From Myxococcota bacterium (GTDB taxonomy: Bacteria > Myxococcota > JACRCW01), in assembly GCA_040752415.1 (NCBI GenBank), contig JBFMGU010000125.1, positions 1-30,446 of the forward strand: a DNA stretch of 30,446 nt, written 5' to 3'. The translations under genes were made by a program, and so were the position numbers. The notes under the pieces were generated by a model that ran no database searches, was not told the DNA's origin, and saw only the letters and a list, made by a program, of their open reading frames with translations. This document shows, piece after piece, positions 26,265 through 30,446 of the stretch; position 1 is the stretch's first letter, and each line of letters starts with the position of its first letter.

Positions 26265-26711
26265 GTGCGCGCCGTCCTCAAGGTGCTGGAGCGGGTATTC
26301 GCCGTCCTGGGCTTCGTCGGGGTGGCCTCCGTGGCGCTGTTGCACCAGACCAGTGAAGGCGCCACCACGCCGTGCAGCGCGCTCGCGTTCCACGCCCGCA
26401 AGCACCTGGCGCCCGCCAGCAAGGAGGTGGTGGACGCCTGCCTGGGTGCCAAGGGGGAGGGCGGCCTGGGCGGCATGCTGGTGGACCTGGGGCTGGCGGT
26501 CACGGGTCAGAGCCGGGAGAAGGTGGCGCGGCGGGTCCAGGAGCGCTTGGATGAGCAGCTGCGCGCCACCCTGCTGAGCACCGGTCAGGCGCGGTGCAGC
26601 ATCATCCTGCTGGAGGGCGTGGTGGGCCGGGCCAACGGCGGACCACGCCAGCTGGCCCAGGATCTGGCGGACGGCCACAAGGCGGATTGCCGGGGTGAGG
26701 AGCGGCGCTGA
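26265..26711 (+). CDS. Hypothetical membrane-anchored/exported protein
   Basis: GTG 3 bp after the previous stop; N-terminal hydrophobic helix; 4 Cys; GC-rich third positions. Confidence 0.6.
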   Translation: MRAVLKVLERVFAVLGFVGVASVALLHQTSEGATTPCSALAFHARKHLAPASKEVVDACLGAKGEGGLGGMLVDLGLAVTGQSREKVARRVQERLDEQLRATLLSTGQARCSIILLEGVVGRANGGPRQLAQDLADGHKADCRGEERR

Positions 26712-26818
26712 CACGCTGCAGGTGGAGCCCCCGTCCGCCACGCACGCCCCGGAATGCCATCGGCCGCAAATCAGGAGCGGTCCGGGGGGCTCTTGGGATA
26801 GCGTAGTGCGTCGCTGTC

Positions 26819-29164
26819 ATGTCCATGCCCCCTGAGGACGGTTCCGTCCCCCAAGAAGACTTCCAGCCCTTCACCCTGGGTCGCTACCAGGTGCTGGCGC
26901 CTTTGGGGTCCGGCGGCATGGCGCGGGTCTTCCTGGCCGAGCAGCGCGGCGTGGGCGGCTTTGCCAAGCGCGTGGTCATCAAGCAGATCCATGACCAGCT
27001 GGCCACCAATGAGCGCTTCGTGAAGATGTTCGTCGACGAGGCAAACATCTCCGTCAATCTCAAGCACGCCAACGTGGTGCAGGTGCTGGAGCTGCAGCAG
27101 GAGGGCCGCAACCTCTTCATGGTGCTGGAGTTCGTGGACGGGACGGACCTCAACACCATGTTCAATGCGCTGGTGGACAACGGCCAGCAGATGCCGCTGG
27201 ACCTGGCCATCTTCGTGGTGAACCAGGCGCTGGCGGGGCTGGCGCACGCACACGCCGCCAAGGGCCCGGACGGCCAGCCGCTCAACCTGATCCACCGCGA
27301 CGTCACTCCCGGCAACGTGCTGCTGTCCCGCAGCGGCGAGGTGAAGCTGAGCGACTTTGGCGTGGCGCGCGCGGCCGGGCGCATGACGCAGACGGTGGTG
27401 GGGGAGGTGAAGGGCAAGTACAGCTACATGGCGCCGGAGGTGATGCAGGGAGACGCGTACGACCAGCGCTCCGACATCTTTGGCGCCGGCGTGGTGCTGT
27501 GGGAGGCGCTCACCACGCGACCGCTGTTCCGCGGCAAGAGTGATTTCCACGTCATGGAGCAGGTGCTGCGCGGGCCCATCCACCCGCCCAGCGTGTTCAA
27601 TCCCGCGGTGCCCAAGGAGCTGGACGCGGTGGTGCTGCAGGCCTTGGAGCGCGACGTGGAGAAGCGCTTCCAGTCCTCCCGCACCTTCAAGCGCGCGCTG
27701 GGCGCCTTCATGCCGGACGACGATCCCGACGCGCTGGCGGAGAAGCTGGCCGCGCTGGTGAGCCAGTACGGTCCGCCCATCAGCCTGCCGCCCCCGTCGC
27801 CCGCGCCGCGCTCCATCAGCGTGCCGGTGATGCCGGCGGCGGCGCCTGCCTCGTCCAGCGGCTCTTCCCCGCCCACGCCGGCGCCACCCTCCACGCCACC
27901 TCCGCCGCGCGCGTCCACGCCGCCCTCGCCCGCGCCCGCCGCGCCCGCTCCCGCCGACGACGACTTCTTCTCCACCCTGGACGTTCCTCCGCCCGCGCCC
28001 GCCCCCGCGCCGGTGCCCCTGCCCCACACCACGCCCCCGCGCGGGATGGCGGCCTCGTCGGTGAGTGACCAGGAGCTCGACGCGGTGGCGGCGGCCTTCG
28101 AGGCGGGCGTGAGCGGGGAGACGGAGCTGCCCATCCTGGAGCCGGAGCCGGGTCCACGCGCGTCGGCGCCGGCGGAGCCGCCCATCACCACGCTGTTGCG
28201 TCCGCCCGCGCCGGGGGAGCCCGCCTTCCAGGCGCAACTGGGCGCGGACAAGCGCGTGCACGGTCCCATCTCCACCGCCAGCACGCTGGCCATCCTGCAG
28301 CGCCGCGACCTGACCCCGGCGGACAAGCTGGGTGTGTTCCGTGGCCCGCTGGTGCCGCTGGGTGAGGTGGGGCGGCTGCTGATGCTGGATCACCTGGTGA
28401 AGGCCACGGTGAGCAACAACCCGCCCACCGCGGTGGGCACGGTGCGCGACCAGGGCGTGGCGCGACTGCTCACCGGGCTCACGCTCCGTCGCCAGACCGG
28501 CGTGCTGCTCTTGCGCTCCGACCCCACCGGCAACCGCGCCGCGGTGTACCTGCACGAGGGCGCGCTGCAGTACAGCTTCGTCCCGGATCCCAATGAGCAC
28601 CTGCTGGCCTTGTTCCTCCGGCACCAGGCGCAGGGCCTGGCGGTGCTGCCGCAGATCCTCACCCTGGTGCTGCGCGACCGCCTGCCGCTGCCGCGCGTGA
28701 TGGCCAAGGTGGCGCAGCTCTCCGGGGCGCGGATCACCATGGCGGTGGGCTCGTTGAGTCGGGACCGGCTGGTGAACGCGCTGGCGTGGGAGGACTGTCG
28801 GTTCGCGTTCTTCCCCGGCGTGAAGGACCCCTACGAGCTGCCCCCCGGCAACGAGCCGCTGCTCGCGTCGTTGCCGCCGGTGTTCGCGCGGCTGCACAGC
28901 GTGGCGGAGATCCATGAGCGGGCCATGCGTCTCGTCGAGCGTCCGCTGGCGCTGGCGGTGGCGGACCCCAAGCTGGTGGCGGACATGGGCGTGCAGCCGG
29001 AGGCGGAGCTGCTGCACCAGGCGCTCTCCGCCAGCCCGCGCCTGCGCGACAGCTGGGCACGCATGGCCCCGCCGGGCAGCCGTGAGGAGAACCGCTTGAA
29101 GCTCACGCTGGTCCTCCTGGAACAGTGCGGCGCGTTGCTGGAGCGGACCCCGACGCGGGCGTGA
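26819..29164 (+). CDS. Hanks-type Ser/Thr protein kinase with Pro-rich linker, degenerate GYF_2-like and DUF4388-like C-terminal domains
   Basis: LGSGGMARV, VVIK, HRDVTPGN, DFG, KGKYSYMAPE, SDIFGAG; C-terminal GTVRDQGVARLLTGL...TGVLLL..VYLHEG. Confidence 0.93.
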   Translation: MSMPPEDGSVPQEDFQPFTLGRYQVLAPLGSGGMARVFLAEQRGVGGFAKRVVIKQIHDQLATNERFVKMFVDEANISVNLKHANVVQVLELQQEGRNLFMVLEFVDGTDLNTMFNALVDNGQQMPLDLAIFVVNQALAGLAHAHAAKGPDGQPLNLIHRDVTPGNVLLSRSGEVKLSDFGVARAAGRMTQTVVGEVKGKYSYMAPEVMQGDAYDQRSDIFGAGVVLWEALTTRPLFRGKSDFHVMEQVLRGPIHPPSVFNPAVPKELDAVVLQALERDVEKRFQSSRTFKRALGAFMPDDDPDALAEKLAALVSQYGPPISLPPPSPAPRSISVPVMPAAAPASSSGSSPPTPAPPSTPPPPRASTPPSPAPAAPAPADDDFFSTLDVPPPAPAPAPVPLPHTTPPRGMAASSVSDQELDAVAAAFEAGVSGETELPILEPEPGPRASAPAEPPITTLLRPPAPGEPAFQAQLGADKRVHGPISTASTLAILQRRDLTPADKLGVFRGPLVPLGEVGRLLMLDHLVKATVSNNPPTAVGTVRDQGVARLLTGLTLRRQTGVLLLRSDPTGNRAAVYLHEGALQYSFVPDPNEHLLALFLRHQAQGLAVLPQILTLVLRDRLPLPRVMAKVAQLSGARITMAVGSLSRDRLVNALAWEDCRFAFFPGVKDPYELPPGNEPLLASLPPVFARLHSVAEIHERAMRLVERPLALAVADPKLVADMGVQPEAELLHQALSASPRLRDSWARMAPPGSREENRLKLTLVLLEQCGALLERTPTRA

Positions 29165-29218
29165 GCCAGGGGAGTCGGAAGTCAGAAGGGCACGGACCGT
29201 TCGCTCGTTGTCAGTCCC

Positions 29219-30446
29219 TCAACGCGCCATCGCCAGCGCCCGCACCGCGCCGCGCGGGCGGCCCATCAGGTCGGCCATCTCGTCGGCCACCAGGCCCACC
29301 ACCAGGTCATCCAGGTTGTTGTTGGCAAACTGGCCCACGTGGTGGCCGGTGCCGCCGCCGTAGGTGATGAACACGAAGCGGCCCTGCGTGTGGTGCGCCA
29401 TCTGGCGGAAGATGTACTCGCCCTGGTCGTCCAGCCCGCTGGCGGCGATGGGGAAGATCTTGATGCCGCGCTCGGCCGCGCCGCGCATCTCCTTGGCGTA
29501 GTCGTAGTCCTGCTCGTAATCGAGGTGCGGCGGCGCATCCGCCACCAGCAGCACCACGCGCAGCGCGTTGGGCGTGTCCTCCGCCGTCCAGCGCGCGCCG
29601 GTGAGCGCGGCGTGCAGGCCCTCGTTGAGCGCTTCCGGCGTGTCGCCGCCGCCGTCGGCCTCCGCCTGCTGCAGGTCGGCCAGGAAGGCCTGCACGTTGG
29701 TGGTGAAGTCCCTGACCTGCGTCACGTAGGCGTCGCCGCGGTCGCGGTAGAGCGTCAGCCCGTAGCGGATGGTGGCGCCGGGCTCCAGGCGCTGGATGCG
29801 CGCCGCCACGTCGAGCAGCGTGAGCTGGATGCGGCTGATCTCGTCGCCCATGGAGCCGGTGGTGTCGATGACGAACATGAGATCCACCACTGGCGCCTTG
29901 CGCTGGGCAGCCACCGGCATCACCAGGCTCACCTGCTGGTCGGCGCCACCCAGCGTCACGCTGCGACGGTGCGTCCGCCCCTGCGCCTCGACGACAATCT
30001 CCACCTCCTCACCCCCGCGCAGCCCGGCCGCCCGCGGGAAGAGCTGCGCGCGACCGTTGGCGTAGCTGGTGGCGTGCTGGACGCGTCGACCGTGGTGCAT
30101 CAGGCTCACGTGCGCATTGGGCAGTCCAGTCTCCAGCTCATCCAGCACGTTCACCATGACGCGCTGGCTGATATCCACCTTGTGCACGTCGCCGCCGGAG
30201 TAGCCCTGCAGGTAGCGCAGGTAGTCGGCGCGCTGGGTGACGTCGTCACGGGAGCCACCCTGCAGGCCACTGCGCTGGCGCGGCATCTCCGGCGCCGGGA
30301 CGGTGCGCGGCATGCTGGCCTCCGCCTTCTCCGCCTCCAGCGCGCGGGACGGTCCACCCCGCGGTCCCGCCGACGAGCGTCCGCTCGCCAAACCTCCCCC
30401 ACCCAACGCCGCCATCTCGCCGGGAGCGGCGGGCATCCTGGGCTTG
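29219..30446 (-). CDS. VWA-domain protein (5' end probably beyond window)
   Basis: DLMFVIDTTGSMGDEI MIDAS, YRDRGD, GGGDTPEA, LVADAPPH; frame stays open to the window edge. Confidence 0.9.
   Translation of the reverse strand, partial: KPRMPAAPGEMAALGGGGLASGRSSAGPRGGPSRALEAEKAEASMPRTVPAPEMPRQRSGLQGGSRDDVTQRADYLRYLQGYSGGDVHKVDISQRVMVNVLDELETGLPNAHVSLMHHGRRVQHATSYANGRAQLFPRAAGLRGGEEVEIVVEAQGRTHRRSVTLGGADQQVSLVMPVAAQRKAPVVDLMFVIDTTGSMGDEISRIQLTLLDVAARIQRLEPGATIRYGLTLYRDRGDAYVTQVRDFTTNVQAFLADLQQAEADGGGDTPEALNEGLHAALTGARWTAEDTPNALRVVLLVADAPPHLDYEQDYDYAKEMRGAAERGIKIFPIAASGLDDQGEYIFRQMAHHTQGRFVFITYGGGTGHHVGQFANNNLDDLVVGLVADEMADLMGRPRGAVRALAMAR

Overview
High-GC bacterial DNA, probably Myxococcota (inferred from the Pro/Ala-rich linkers, Ser/Thr kinase, DUF4388-like domains and giant Cys-rich lipoprotein). 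Left (1-7185): RDD protein, HEAT-repeat protein with a histone-H1-like tail, an ArsC/Spx-family protein with an in-frame TGA in a UxxC motif plus a SECIS-like hairpin (a selenoprotein split by the ORF track), a REPIN-like inverted repeat, DUF4112 protein, Nudix hydrolase, probable outer-membrane protein and cysteine desulfurase. Middle (~7.2-17.9 kb, visibly more A/T-ending codons): a GT39/ArnT-like glycosyltransferase divergent from a 2083-aa teneurin-like RHS/YD protein with an unfamiliar C-terminal domain ending in C-x10-C-x10-C-x10-C, a candidate immunity gene, a dead Xer recombinase fragment and a DUF4034-TPR gene. Right: a 1956-aa Cys-rich lipoprotein with two NIDO-like domains, a REP-like direct repeat, nucleotidyltransferase, DUF4388 protein, hypothetical protein, Ser/Thr kinase and a truncated VWA protein. 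Domain calls are from motif recognition by eye; no searches were run.
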